A stretch of DNA of 64,000 bases from Ginglymostoma cirratum (taxonomy: Eukaryota), in assembly GCA_024137785.1 (NCBI GenBank), contig JAHRHZ010000127.1, positions 2,484,612 through 2,548,611 of the forward strand. Direction: 5' to 3'. Positions 49,521 through 62,164 of the stretch are shown here, one piece after another; the stretch's first letter is position 1, and each line of letters opens with the position of its first letter. Made by a program: the position numbers and the translations under genes. The notes under the pieces were generated by a model. It was not told the origin of the DNA, ran no database searches, and was given only the letters and a program-made list of their open reading frames with translations.

Positions 49521-51950
49521 ATCTTATAGATATTAAATGTGCTTTTTTTTTCACTAGCTGAGTTTTTCCAATTGCATGACATGTATGACATGTCCTGCAA
49601 AATTCAACAACATCCTTGTGCAGTCCAGACCAACAAAATGTTTTCTTTTTTGCTTGTGTTTTCCTTACTCCGACATGACCTGCTATTGGTAATTCATGTG
49701 CTACCCGCAGTACCTCCTTTCTGTCATCCACCAGTAATATAAGCTGATGAACTTCTGCCCATTTCTCATTCGTCTGAATATGTGACCGTCTCGATTTCCT
49801 CATGGAGAAGTCATTCCTAAGATATAACATTGTGGGATACATTCTGATTCTTCTTCTATGTATGATTTTTGATACAACGGTTTTAACCTTTCACATTTCT
49901 GTTGTAATTCAGTGAATTTCTCTAAACAAAAATATCCACTTTGTCCTCTACCTGTTTATGTCTTTTTCTCAACTATTAATCAAACATTGTCTCTGATAAC
50001 TGAACTACAACTTTCTTATCTTTGCTCTTTAATTTCTCTTCCTCCTTCAATCTATCACTTTGTGACATCATTACCACACAGTCAGTAAAAATCCCAGAAT
50101 ATACTTCCTGTTATACGTAAACTGCAAGATATTTCACTGTCTTATCAATTAAAGTAGGTATCACTCCCACCTGTGACCAACTGTATCATTATTAAGAATA
50201 CACTCTATGTCCGGAAACCAGATTTTCTCTATGAACCTTGTCACTGTTCACCTGACTTGCCAACCTCACCACATATCATGGAAACTGCTCTTCCTACCAC
50301 GAATTTAACATATTACCATTTTTTCTGGCAAAAATCTGACAGAATTGATTATCTACCCAACTCCTACCATCAAAGATTGATTTTCTCCTGCATCTCTTAA
50401 AGTTTTATTTTCCTTACCTGCTCCTCCTAGCATAAAATGATTAAACTTTACACCTGCAAGTACATTCTTTAAAGAGTTCTGTGTTTTCTTCTCAACGAAC
50501 CCCTGACCTGGATTTTTTTTTTTTTTTTGCAGATTTCCAGCTTCCACTGTGCTTTTCTTTGCCATTTCAACAAAACTGACTGGCTTATTCAATTTTCCTC
50601 ACATGCGTCTTCCAGTGTTTGTTCCTAAACCATTAATACTGCCACTTCATGAAGTCTTTTTTTAACCCATGAAAGCAGTTTAGCATTTAAACTTCTCTTT
50701 CCCCCTCATGGGTTTTCTTTTTACCCTGTTGTAAACCATCTATGCTACCTTCAATGAGATCTCCTTTTCCCTTATCACCTGAAGATTGTGCTTTTCCCTA
50801 ACTTCAATCCTTCACAATTTGAAATTGATGTTGGAAGCCAAATTTTGATTTATGAACCAATTCATAATAATCGGCCATTTCCACTGCTAATCATGCAGTC
50901 TTACTTCTCTGCTCTTCCACATAATTTCACATTACTTCAGCGAGTGAATTTTCAAAATCCTGAAAAAGAATAGTCTCTCTAAGAGCGTCATACGTTTGTT
51001 CTATTTTCAGTGCCTTTTTCCATCTATCAAAATTATTTTGTTTGATCCTTTCAAACTCGATGAATGTTTGACCAGGTTTCCTCCTTAGATTCCTGAAAAG
51101 CTATCTTTCAGCTTCTCGTACGAGCTCAAATGCACTTAATACATCAATTTCACCTCACTATGCTCCCCAGATACCTCCTCTGATAATGATGCAAATATCT
51201 CACTCGCTGTCCGCATCAGTTCGTTTGGATCAATAATACCCACGTTGTCACTGGCAATTTCAGTGTTGGTTGCTTTCTCAAATGAAATGAAAAAAAAAAG
51301 CCTCTACATCCTTCTTATGGAACCTAGGCAATGCTTGAACATATCTAAACAAACCCACCCACCCCTAGGTCTTTGGCTGTGAAGTGTTTGCTCGTCATCA
51401 CTATCTTTTTCACTACTCTTATTTTTCACCTGTACATTGACTTTGAGTTCACTTCACCTGAAGAAGGAGCAGTGTTCCAAAAGCTTGTGATCTCCAGTAT
51501 ATCTGTTGGACTACAAACTGGTATCCTGTGACTTCTGACTTCGAGCTAAGTCGACTTTGAGTTTTTGGTTCCAACATCTGAAGTTCAACAACTCTCTCTT
51601 CGTTTTTGCTCTCTTTCTTCATTTCTTTTGCTAAGGCCTTCCTCTCCTGTTGCTTTCCTTCTGAAAGAATTTTTTTCTTTTTAGTTTTCCTATCCATTCA
51701 AACTGTTCTATTTCTTTTTCATGTTCAAGCTGCTTCATTTTCCAATCAAAGTTAGTCATTTCCATTGATTCCAATGACATTCTTGACAGTTTTAAATGCA
51801 ATGTGATTGACACGATTTTCCTCACAGACACAGGCAACCACAATACCAGCTTGTTTGCCAATTCTGAAAGATTTGCTTTCTCACTTTCTGCAAAAGTTGT
51901 GAAGTGACTTCTCCCACAGCCAGGAAACTCTTCATGAAAACAAACCTCTC
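49520..51950 (-). mobile_element. Gypsy LTR retrotransposon relic, Gmr1-like (gag to integrase zinc finger)
   Basis: Minus strand has the gag motif LFRYVQALPRFHKKDVEAFF at ~51295-51352, a coiled-coil at 51560-51800, and the integrase HHCC motif VLRVAHELPIAGHVGVRKT...VVEFCRTCHTC at 49575-49720. Confidence 0.8.
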
Positions 51951-54019
51951 TTTTCTCTTTCTATTATTTGAGTTGAAACTTCAAAGATATTTAAAATGAC
52001 AGTGAGGGATCATTTATGACTGATGGATTTTACTCTTTGTCTGAGAACGTAAGGAAACTCAGATAATCACTTTTTAGCAATAGGGTAATCATTCCCTGAA
52101 TGCTACTTACTGACTAAATTAACAGGAAAGCTACCTTTTGTGTAATACCATTTCACGACACTTACCAATATAGATATTGTGTACTGACAATTCTTTAGGT
52201 GAGGTAGTTGCTGACTTTTTGTGATATGACTCTCAACTGAATGTAGTTGAAGATATTAGCTATAATTATTTTAAATTGTTTGCTCAAAAAATTATTAAAC
52301 TGTAATTTTGGGAACTTTTAGTTAAGCTTTCAAGATAATTATGGCACTTTCGATGTTTCCGAACAGGCACTAAAATCTACGGAGAATAAAAACACGAAGA
52401 AGCTCATGTATGTACCCATAGCAATCTCTTTGATACCAACCAATGAGCAGAAGACACAGTAAAGTTATAATCATACACATATATTCAAGGATTAGTAATG
52501 AAGACCGCATTTAAACAAACAGTGGGATATATATGACATAAAATTTTAAAAATGCTGGAAATCAAAATCAAAAGATGGAAATCGAATGTTAGAATGTGCA
52601 GGCACAACATGGCGCAAATAATGTTCAAATCAGCTTAAAACAAAATGTAGAATCGAAAAAAATCATTTAAATTATTTAAGATCTGTGTTCAGAATCAAAG
52701 AGCACGGAAGCATTAAATAGTTCATATTTTTCTGTGATAAGATTATTGGTGCACAAAGGTTGAACAAAATTATGTACAATTAAATACGTTGTCATGATAA
52801 ACACCTGCTGGTCAACCACTATGATTTGGTATTTTAATCTAATTCAAACCTCCATCTCCAAAGACCCCACTAGATATCAATACCTAGAAGGAGATGTGTT
52901 TTTCTTGATCAACATATAAAAAGGCATAAAATTTATTGGATATGATATACATTGCTGCCTTAGCTTGTTTAAATTAATATTATGTAATTTGCAACAGCAA
53001 ATGATTTTCATGAAAATTAGGCACTGTCTGAGTAATTAAAGGAGTTTGATTGTACTGGCATATGTTTGGAGTCATAACTTTTGATTTCAAACTACTTGCA
53101 TATTAGGTAAATCTTTAACTTAGCAAGGTTTAAAATTAACATGTCAAATATAGGAAGGGTCACTGGATTCGAAAATTCACTCTGCATTCTTTCCACAAAT
53201 GCTGCTCTTAGGTAGACGTTACATGGTAAATTTCGAGGACACGAACAGCTTGCAGGAGAAAGAAAATGGTAGCTCCCCTATAGGCTTCTGGCATAGTTCA
53301 AATCCTGTTCAACCTTTATATTACCGACCTATCTTCCACCCCCGACTCAGTTCCTAATTCTTATCTACACGGCCTCGGATTTTTCCTTCCAGTACAATAA
53401 TTAGTAAATGGCGATATTGCGAACTGACTCACTCCTGCAAGGCAGGGTACCTGAAAACAAGAAGCATGAACGAAATCTCTAGCGCATTCCACTTTCACAA
53501 CGCTAGTCACTAGAGCATGATAGCATTACTATAAATAGCCAGAGTCAGGAGTATGAGCCTTGATTATTGTAAGCGTACCCTTGACAGAATACTCATTTAA
53601 TACAACATCTCTGCATGAATGGAAATCAAAATGGAATCTGCTACAGGTTCCTTATTAAACGGGACTGTATGTCATGTGAATTACAAGCTAAAAGTCTAGA
53701 AAATGCATCTTGTCATCAGATCGCCAACTGCAGAATACATTGGTACGGTATTGGTTAAATCTTCATGAGCTAACCTCATCGACGTAAAACTGAAAATGCC
53801 AATGTGAATATCGTAGGTACTCTTCCCCGTAGGTACTATTCGCTACACCGCTACCCCCTCTAAATACACAAAATCTCAATTTGTCCACTGCTCCCACACC
53901 CACAATTCCCGCTCCCCCTCCCCCCAAAAAAACAAACCTGACTCACAGTTCTCAGCAACAGTAATACATATCGGCTATTTACAAAAGGTAAGCTCATATG
54001 AAAGCATTATACGAAAACC

Positions 54020-54142
54020 AGCATGGGGCTGGATGAACACAGCAGGTCAAGCAGCATCATAGGAGCAGGAAAACTTGACGTTTCGGGCCTAAACCATGCT
54101 TGTTATCTCGGATTCTCCAGCATCTGCAGTACGTTTTATCTC
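54020..54142. mobile_element. Penelope-like terminal repeat with internal inversion
   Basis: 54020-54095 is the reverse complement of 49204-49279. The sequence then continues in forward orientation as CCATGCTTGTTATCTCGGATTCTCCAGCATCTGCAG. Confidence 0.8.
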
Positions 54143-55792
54143 TCATTCGAAACCAGGTTCGTTTATGTTCAATCCCCATAACCCAGCAACTGTCGGTATT
54201 TCCCAAGACCACAGTATTGCAGTTGCAGCCATAACGCCGAGAAGGAAAATTAAGGGCCAATAGCATGAATATTGGCAGGATAAAAAGCTGGCACATATCT
54301 GTCACTCCATTGCATGTCAAGCTGCCTTTAATCACCTCTGGTGACTCCGATAGTTGGTTGTTTTAAACTCGTTCCTAAACTGACCAATGCTTCTGTTCAT
54401 CCACTAAATATCAATGGAGTAGTCAAGAACATCCAGCGAATAGCTGTGGGGAAGTTCAAGCAATGGCTTCCATTGTCGAGGGGAAATATCAGACTGAACT
54501 TGGTACTGATTTAATAAATTTAACTTAGCTCTTAACAAGGTCATTTATTGACTGTGTGATTATTCACAGGCCAATGAAATATTATGTATAACAGAAGAAC
54601 ATGACAGGTATTGTTGATTAGAAACGCAACGCGGAAGAACCTGTAGCATATATGTAGAATAAATTTCAAGGCAGTCAGATAATGTCCTACGTGTTTTGTT
54701 TTATTTGTGTCAAATCTAACCTTTGTTGCCTTTGAATAACCCATTGTGGCAGTAGTTCATTTGAGGTGCACTTCCTCACGTTGAAACTACTGTTGCCAAA
54801 TACGTTCCTGTCAAATCAAAATATAAACATGCAGAACTTAAGTGTACTAGATACTAGAAGTTTGATTTTTTTTTATTAACATGACATAAAAGTGCTGTGC
54901 TAAACTTGTGCTAAATAAACGTTGACCTGAATGGTATTTGTGAAATCGTACTGCAGATTCACTGGAGGTATAACTGCTACGAACTATCGAACTCACACAG
55001 AAGCCTAATATTACAGAAACTGTTCCGTCCACACTGAAATTAACCATGAAGAGCTCATTTTATGAGTGCTGGCTTTAATTATCTGACCCAGACCTGGAAC
55101 TGGCTGCACTGAATATGACTGCAGTGCAATGCAGCTGACCACAATATATACTGTAAATGGCACCTATCCCTGACAGTACCGGATTATGCTTCAATCAGTT
55201 GATATAAAGAGGTGTAATCATTGGAACTTGCACAAGGTGATTATAACATTTCTGAACTGACTTCGTTGGATTGATGGTATAGATAAGATGTCATGCTCAA
55301 ATGCAAATATGCATAACACACGTAGCTGTAATGAACTGAATATCTTCACGAGGAACTGCCCCTGCCCACATTAAATATATCAGCAGTGACCTGGGATAAT
55401 TTATTACTGAGCACACCCATGAAGCATTGGTCCTGCGCTCAGCGAAAGCAAATCTTCTTAGTAGTATGTACCCACATCTGATATGGAGTTTGTTAATTTA
55501 AAGTGTGTGCCCAAATTCAAGGGAATTTAAAACCACAGTGCGCTGATTCACGATTGCATGGACATTAAAGTGATTCAGACACAGGAATACACATCTGCTT
55601 TCTTTTTTAGGAAAATTAAAATTTCTCAATACTCAAAAGACACGAAAACCATCGCCTTGTACTAACTTCAATTTCAGGGTAGTTTTGGTTTACATTGTGA
55701 CCTCTTGTGGCTTGATTTTAGAGACACATGACGTCGCAGGGGAAAAGACTGTAACATTTGAAAAAGAAATATCAACTATAGACTAAGCAATT

Positions 55793-55843
55793 TAATTACC
55801 GCCCCACCCCCCGTCCCCCCGGAGGCCGACACCATCGATAAAT
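55793..55843 (+). promoter_or_regulatory. putative core promoter of GPCR gene 3: homeodomain site, O/E-like site and ATAAAT box
   Basis: TAATTA (55793-55798), CCCCCGGAGG (55816-55825), a 12-nt spacer, then ATAAAT (55838-55843). Confidence 0.55.
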
Positions 55844-55893
55844 GTAACCATTTTACAGTTGATTTCAGAAAGTGTGCGAAGCAGCTGACAGAA

Positions 55894-57659
55894 ATGCACG
55901 AAACACTAACTGGTCTGCTTTTTGCCGTTTACTATCCCCTCCTTGTATCCATCGGCGTTCCAGGTAAAGTTTTGGTCTAAATGAGTAAGTACTTTTACGA
56001 GTCATTGGCAAATTGAATTGTTTTTCCGACTTCACGACATATGCATCTGCATGTTCCAGGTATCCTTTGCCCCATTGAATGGAATTTTTTTCTTCTTCAG
56101 AGTTAATAGTATAATTACTTTAATTGAATAAATTATCTTATTTTACAAGTTCAGATTCAATTTTAAGCATATTCATTCACCATTTCAATATGCAGATCTC
56201 TACTATCTACTGACATATTATGATTTCTCTCTCATTTACATGCATATAGAATCATGTGAATCCAGTCGATTTTTTTAATACCGATAGACTCATCACCTGA
56301 AAGGATTTCATCCATATTACCACTAACCTTCCACAATGGAAATTATTTCCGTAGTTCTGATGACGATGTTCTTGCAGTTCTATTGTTTGTGTTGGTGGCA
56401 ATATCATTGTTGGTGACTTGCTGCAAAGATCTTATGGTGCAAAATTATTGTCATAATGAATTGAAACTGCTGTTGCACATATGTCGTTACACACCTGTCA
56501 CAGGGTTAGTGAGGTCGAGTTGTATTGTTATCACTGTTTCAACGTGTGAAATTATCATGGTGAATATGTGGATTTGTTGCGTTAATAACAATGACTGGGA
56601 CAGAATAATTTGCATTATTGATACATTACTAGTGAATATTGAACTGTTGAACGAATACTAATCAGTTCAATGAGTTGTTATTAATGCGTCATTATTATTT
56701 ACTGAAATGTTCTCTGATGTACAGGTAATTCAATAATTACTTTCTTTAAAGAATGATTAACGTTAATGCGTAGCTCACAGAGCAGTATCCGTTTTCTCAA
56801 TCTGGAGCCTTCACTGCTTTATACCTGTTCTCCACTTCCTCATACGTTGTTGTAGATTTTTCTAAGCTATTGACTGCTGGGTATGGGATTTGTTTCCAAT
56901 TCGAGTATCCAACGATGTTTCCCGCTGTTTCAATCTCGACGATTTTTCCCACATTGAGTAATTCCACACAACTAATTTATAAAGTTTATGAATCGAATTT
57001 CCACTTTCATCGAGAAGGCTTCTCTTTCATCGAGAAATCACTGTGCAGTTTGGAGAAACGACTGCATTTTCGGTAGTAATTTCTCGGTGATTGAGAGCTC
57101 ATTTTCTGGCAGTTCCAGTCGTTCAGTAATCATAAGCTGACGTTTCGGATTTGCTAATGTCTTAAACAAAATGCGCTTCACAAATTTGCCTAAATCTATT
57201 TAGCAAGACGCATCTCTCAATCGGTTGACATTTTTCAGTAAGTCCACAGCTGACTTTTCCGACTGTGATCAATTTTTAAATAATGTGATGGGAATGAGCC
57301 ATTCAAAGTGATATAATTGTGCTCATTCTAGATTCCATATTTACTGATGGCTGTTTTATTATTTGCTTATTTAATAATGTCTGCAATACTTTACTGTTAT
57401 AATATTTTAGGGTTGTTTCGATCGTGTCCTGTTCTCCAAAAGGTCACTGTCGAATCTATTTCATTAACATTTCATTGGCCTGCCTTGTTTTGAATCTAGA
57501 TCACTGTTAAATCTAATAAATAATTACTTCTTGAGTGGAAGTTTTCCTTTCAATTTAGGATTCAATCTAATACTTTATATTTCACAGGGGACCGTTTTAA
57601 AAGATTTATTTTGTTGGTTGTCAAAGATTTGATGTTTCAGCTGTGTTTTCTTTCTCCCC

Positions 57660-57692
<33 letters not shown>

Positions 57693-58643
57693 GCACGCAC
57701 AAAATCCCCCACACATGCACACACAGCTAACCTTGCAGTCATCATTATCCTGGCTCGAAGAAGGTGTGGCCTCTCTGGATGTATTACATGTTACCTCGTG
57801 TCTATGGCAGTTGCAGATCTCCTCGTCATGGTCGTGGTTGTAATATTAAATCGGATTGCTGGGATTTATTTCCCATCTAGTTTCCTTTCCATCACACCAA
57901 TTTGCAGTCTTCGTTCTGCCTTGAATTTTGCAGCAATTGACTGTTCTGTCTGGTTTACTGTCGCTTTCACCTTTGATCGATTTGTTGCCATTTGTTGTCA
58001 GAAGCTAAAAACAAAATACTGCACTGAGAAGATGGCACCACTGGTGATTGGAATTGTGTTTGGAGTATCATTCACCAGAAATATTTTCACGTATTTTGGT
58101 TATGAACCTACGCACATGATTAACAATGTGCCCTGGTACTGTGGCGTGAAAGATGTATACTATACTTCACCAGCATGGGCTGCATATGACTGGATTCGAA
58201 TCATTTCAATGCCTCTTCTCCCCTTCCTGTTGGTTTTAATACTCAATGCGCTGACAATTAGACACATTCTACTATCCAATAAGGCCCGCCGGAGATTCCA
58301 TACCCACAGAAATGGTGAGAAAGTGATTGACCCAGAGATGCAGAGGCGGAGAAAGTCCATTATTTTTCTCTTTACCATCTCTGGCAGTTTCGTTGTGTTA
58401 TATTTGTTATGTTTTATAACTGTGCCCTATGTCCGACTTGCCAAAGTGCGGTATTCTCCAGGTTCAGATTTCAGTAACTCCACATTTATTCTGCAACAAA
58501 GCTCATTTATGCTTCAGTTACTGAGTTCCTGTATCAATCCATTTATTTATGCTGGAACGCAGAGTAAAATCAGAGCTGAATTAAAGAAAGGTGTCAAATA
58601 TCCACTGAGAATATTTTTGAAAATATTTACATTTTCAAAATAG
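55894..58643 (+). CDS. GPR139/GPR142-like class A GPCR, paralogue 3 (exon 1 55894-55963, exon 2 57727-58643; 328 aa, intact)
   Basis: Exon 1 encodes MHETLTGLLFAVYYPLLVSIGVP with donor G|GTAAAG. The acceptor CAG|CT AAC is in frame with ORF 57798-58643, which has SVWFTVAFTFDRFVAICC and MLQLLSSCINPFIY. Confidence 0.9.
57646..57726 (+). repeat. (CT)n(CA)n compound microsatellite at a splice acceptor
   Basis: CTCTCTCTCTCTCACACACACACACACACACGCACGCAC...ACACAG. Confidence 0.9.
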
Positions 58644-58917
58644 GATATATAATTTGCGCTTTACTTTATCGTGCAAGATTTTTGTTCTTCTCCATTTCAC
58701 ATAGAACCCAATTTCCTGCGTCCTCTCATATTTCAATTCCAATCAAATCTGAGAAGTTTGGAATGTATAAGAACGTTACATTTCAGATCTGTAAACTATT
58801 CTCAGGTTCTAAAGAGGTTGAGTGCTTTTGATTCACGTTTTATCCAAAGCCACAATGTTCACTGTTTCGTGAAGGCTTTAAAAGGTTGGAATCAGGAGCC
58901 AGACAGGCAGAAGTGAT

Positions 58918-58942
58918 ATTATTATTATTATTATTATTATTA
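58918..58942 (+). repeat. (ATT)n microsatellite
   Basis: About eight ATT units. Confidence 0.9.
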
Positions 58943-60237
58943 GGAATCCGATGAGCATTAATGACTAGTTCAGAGAAGAATTCTGAACTGTTGTCGAGGC
59001 CTACATTGACTCCGGTATCGCCCCTACGTGTGCATTAACTATGGAAGATGCGTCAGATTTCCACGGAACTCGTACTGTAGCACCTGCACCTCCAGCTTGG
59101 TTGATGACTTCAGAGACATGTTATTGCCTGAAGCTGAAAGACTTTGTGAATTCCCACAGCTTCCAGAGATGACACTGACACTGTCACTGTCTGTCAGCTG
59201 CTTTAGAATTTCTGCACTGTCCCGCATATTTGCGTTCTTTTACAAATTTAATGTACGATGCACAAAATTAAATATGGCTGCAATCAGGGACGGTGTCATT
59301 TGATGTCCATCCTTTGGGTCGGTTCCTCCTCTTCAACGATTATCTGTGGTCACACTGTCTAAGTATCCATTAATATCCCAGAAGGGAAAGAAGAGACACG
59401 GAAGGGCAAAATGTACGACTAATCAATCATTTGGGGTGATAATTGACTTTGCACGTAAGTATAATGCTTTGTGCTGCAGAGAATGAATCTTGCCTCTATC
59501 CATTAAGTAACTTACGAAGTTTAGGGCTTCACCCCTAAGCGACCCATAGCGGTTGTACCCTCTGTATGTCTCCTCCAGCGCCTCTGCATCCACAAGCTTA
59601 ATGGTTCTTCTACGTCTTGAACTTTCCATTTTTTGTTCTAATTCTTTTCCTCTGAACAACTAAGTTTCCGTTGTTTTACGCCAGCACAGTCATACATGAC
59701 TTCTAAAATACTCTCATCCTAACTGTCAAACACGGTCCCGCAGATACTGTACGTTCAGCCTACCATCAATTACTGACTATTCGGGAATCACTGTCGTCTA
59801 CTAACAACGCGGACAAACATTTGACTGGCCATACTATCGTGTACCTTGGTGCAAATAATTGAAATCAATCCGCTTCTGCTGAAACAAACCAGCAACTGAA
59901 CACCTTTCATTTCAATTTTTCCGTGTTTGCATCGAGTGGATCAGTAAATGAATGATACAGTAATGAGCAACCAAAGCCAAAAGAGACCCAGAGTTCCCAA
60001 CTCTGATGTCCAAATTTACCAACCTGATAGTAGTCTTGTGGGTGGAATTTCAAATATGGACATGTCCGATGTCTAGAACCTTACAAAGTTGTCTCTGGCA
60101 ACGGATTATTTTTGACACCTTCGAAGGATTCTGACTCATTTAGTGCAATTGTAACCCAGGAAATGTTAGAGAATAAAACAAATCTTCTGCCTGTGCAACT
60201 CAGCCAGCAATGTGCTCCCACTGACGTGCTCACGAAG

Positions 60238-60800
60238 CACATAGAAAATAGGAGCACGAATAGACCATTTGAACTTTCGAGCTTGCTATGCCGTTCAGTA
60301 TGACCATGGCTGATTATTAAACTCTGTACCCTGGAAACTTTGAACCCTTCAGTCCTTAGAATTATATCTGACTCCTCCTGGAAAATGTCTTAACTGATAC
60401 AAAATATTCCATAGGCTCACGACTCTTTGTTGAAGAAAGTGCACTGCATCTCAGTCCTAACTTGCCTAACCTATATTTGTAAACAATGCCTCTTGGTTTC
60501 TCGACATCACAGTCATGGGGAATGCCCTTCCTGAGTTTCCAAAGTCTAATCCTATTAGAATAATGTAGGTTTGTACGGAAAACCCCTCATTCTTACAAAC
60601 TCCACTGAAAGAAGCCCTAACTGTTCTATTCTCTCTTAACACATTATACCTGCCATCCCAAAAAGCCGTCTGGTAAACTTTAGTTGCACTCCCTCCATAG
60701 CCAGGGCATACTTCCGCAGAAAATAAGACCAAAAATGCATACACTTCGCCAGGTGTAGTCTCGCCGAGGCCTTGCGTAGTTGCAGCAAGACATCAATGAC
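60238..60800 (-). mobile_element. CR1-group LINE 3' fragment
   Basis: ARLHLAKCMHFWSYFLRKYALAMEGVQLKFTRRLFGMAG, a degenerate form of RPHLEYCVQFWSP..RK...LE.VQRRFTR. Confidence 0.8.
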
Positions 60801-62164
60801 ACGGATGATAACACTGCCTTGTTCCACCCTCAGAAGAATCCACGCCTGAAGCCCCACCACCCCCGTCCCCCTCATCTAATCCCATACGTCTTCGAATGGA
60901 ACAACTGATCCTTAGTCAAACAAAAACCTTTGATAGTGTAAATTTCAGAACTATAATAACTGTTCATGTATTTAAAGAATATGTGATAGCTCTTTTTGGA
61001 ATAAACTGTTCAGGGGCAGTGACAAACTGTTATGAAGAATTTAAAAGCAATACGTGACTTAACAATCCCCAGGAAGAAGAAGTCAAAACAAACATAAACA
61101 AACTGCTTCTTGGGAGAGGAGAGGTAACACTGCTTGATAACTTGCTTCTTTGAGACAAACGGACAATAAAAATTCCCTTCGGAAGAATTTAACGAGGTCA
61201 TAGCAGGGTAAGCCGTGTTTCAAATGCTGAATGTGATAAGGAACAGGAAAGTTACTTCTGAAACGGAAACAATCTACGGCACTGAGGACTCTAGAAGCGT
61301 AACAAAAGTTGTAGTTGAAAGAACCTAAAGGATCGTCAATAATTCTACACCATAGACTTAAAGGACAGAAAATTGTATTAGAATTCAACTCCAGGTCTCT
61401 TCAGAGCAGAACTTCCACTAAAACCACTGCACAAGGATGGAGCCACGGATAATTCCAAAGGCAGATAGTGTGATTGGATTGGTAGCTAAATCCCACCATT
61501 AATTGGATAATAGCTAAATTGGGTTTTGCATCTTAAATTGCTTGCTTGAGGAGTCTTATTTTGATTCCTGCACGCAATAAATTTATATAATTGTTTCAGT
61601 ATTTGATTGTCTGAGATTTCTTAATAAGTAGCCAAATTAAAGGTATCTTATGATGAGTTACAAGCAACAATTGGCTTCCTTAGCGGGATTCAATAAGATG
61701 TGACCTTAAGTTGCTCCGAAGTCAAAACAACCAACCTTGTATTGCTAAACATCTAGCCTGAGGCTGATTCCAACAGAGCAGCTGCCCCACGTTACAGCCA
61801 GGATTCAATGGTGAATGAGGATAGAAACTACAAATTTTCAGGTTTAATGCAAAGGTTTACATTTTTGTACTTCTCGGCATTTAGGAAATTCTCAGTTGGA
61901 AATTGGATGATAATTAAGAAAGTAATTAATTTCCTGGCTTGCTGGGTGTCTGTCCGTACTCTGTACTGCCTCACTCTCTCTTCAGGTGTCTGCGTGCTTC
62001 ACTCTGTAATTGTCAAAGAAGTTCATTTCCCCGACGGGGTATGACTCTTTTGTCATGTGAGCGGTGTGTCTTCATATTGCAATGTTACAGAGGGCAAAAA
62101 AAATCTCTTGGTGGTAATAGGCAAGAGAACGTTTTACCTCTTTCTACTTACGACCTGCAAAGAC

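Noticed and set aside
53215-53880. Coding-looking stretch
   Set aside because: The frame examined had many stops and no recognisable motif.
61000-61760. Possible solo LTR
   Set aside because: No second copy, clear TG...CA termini or target-site duplication could be identified.
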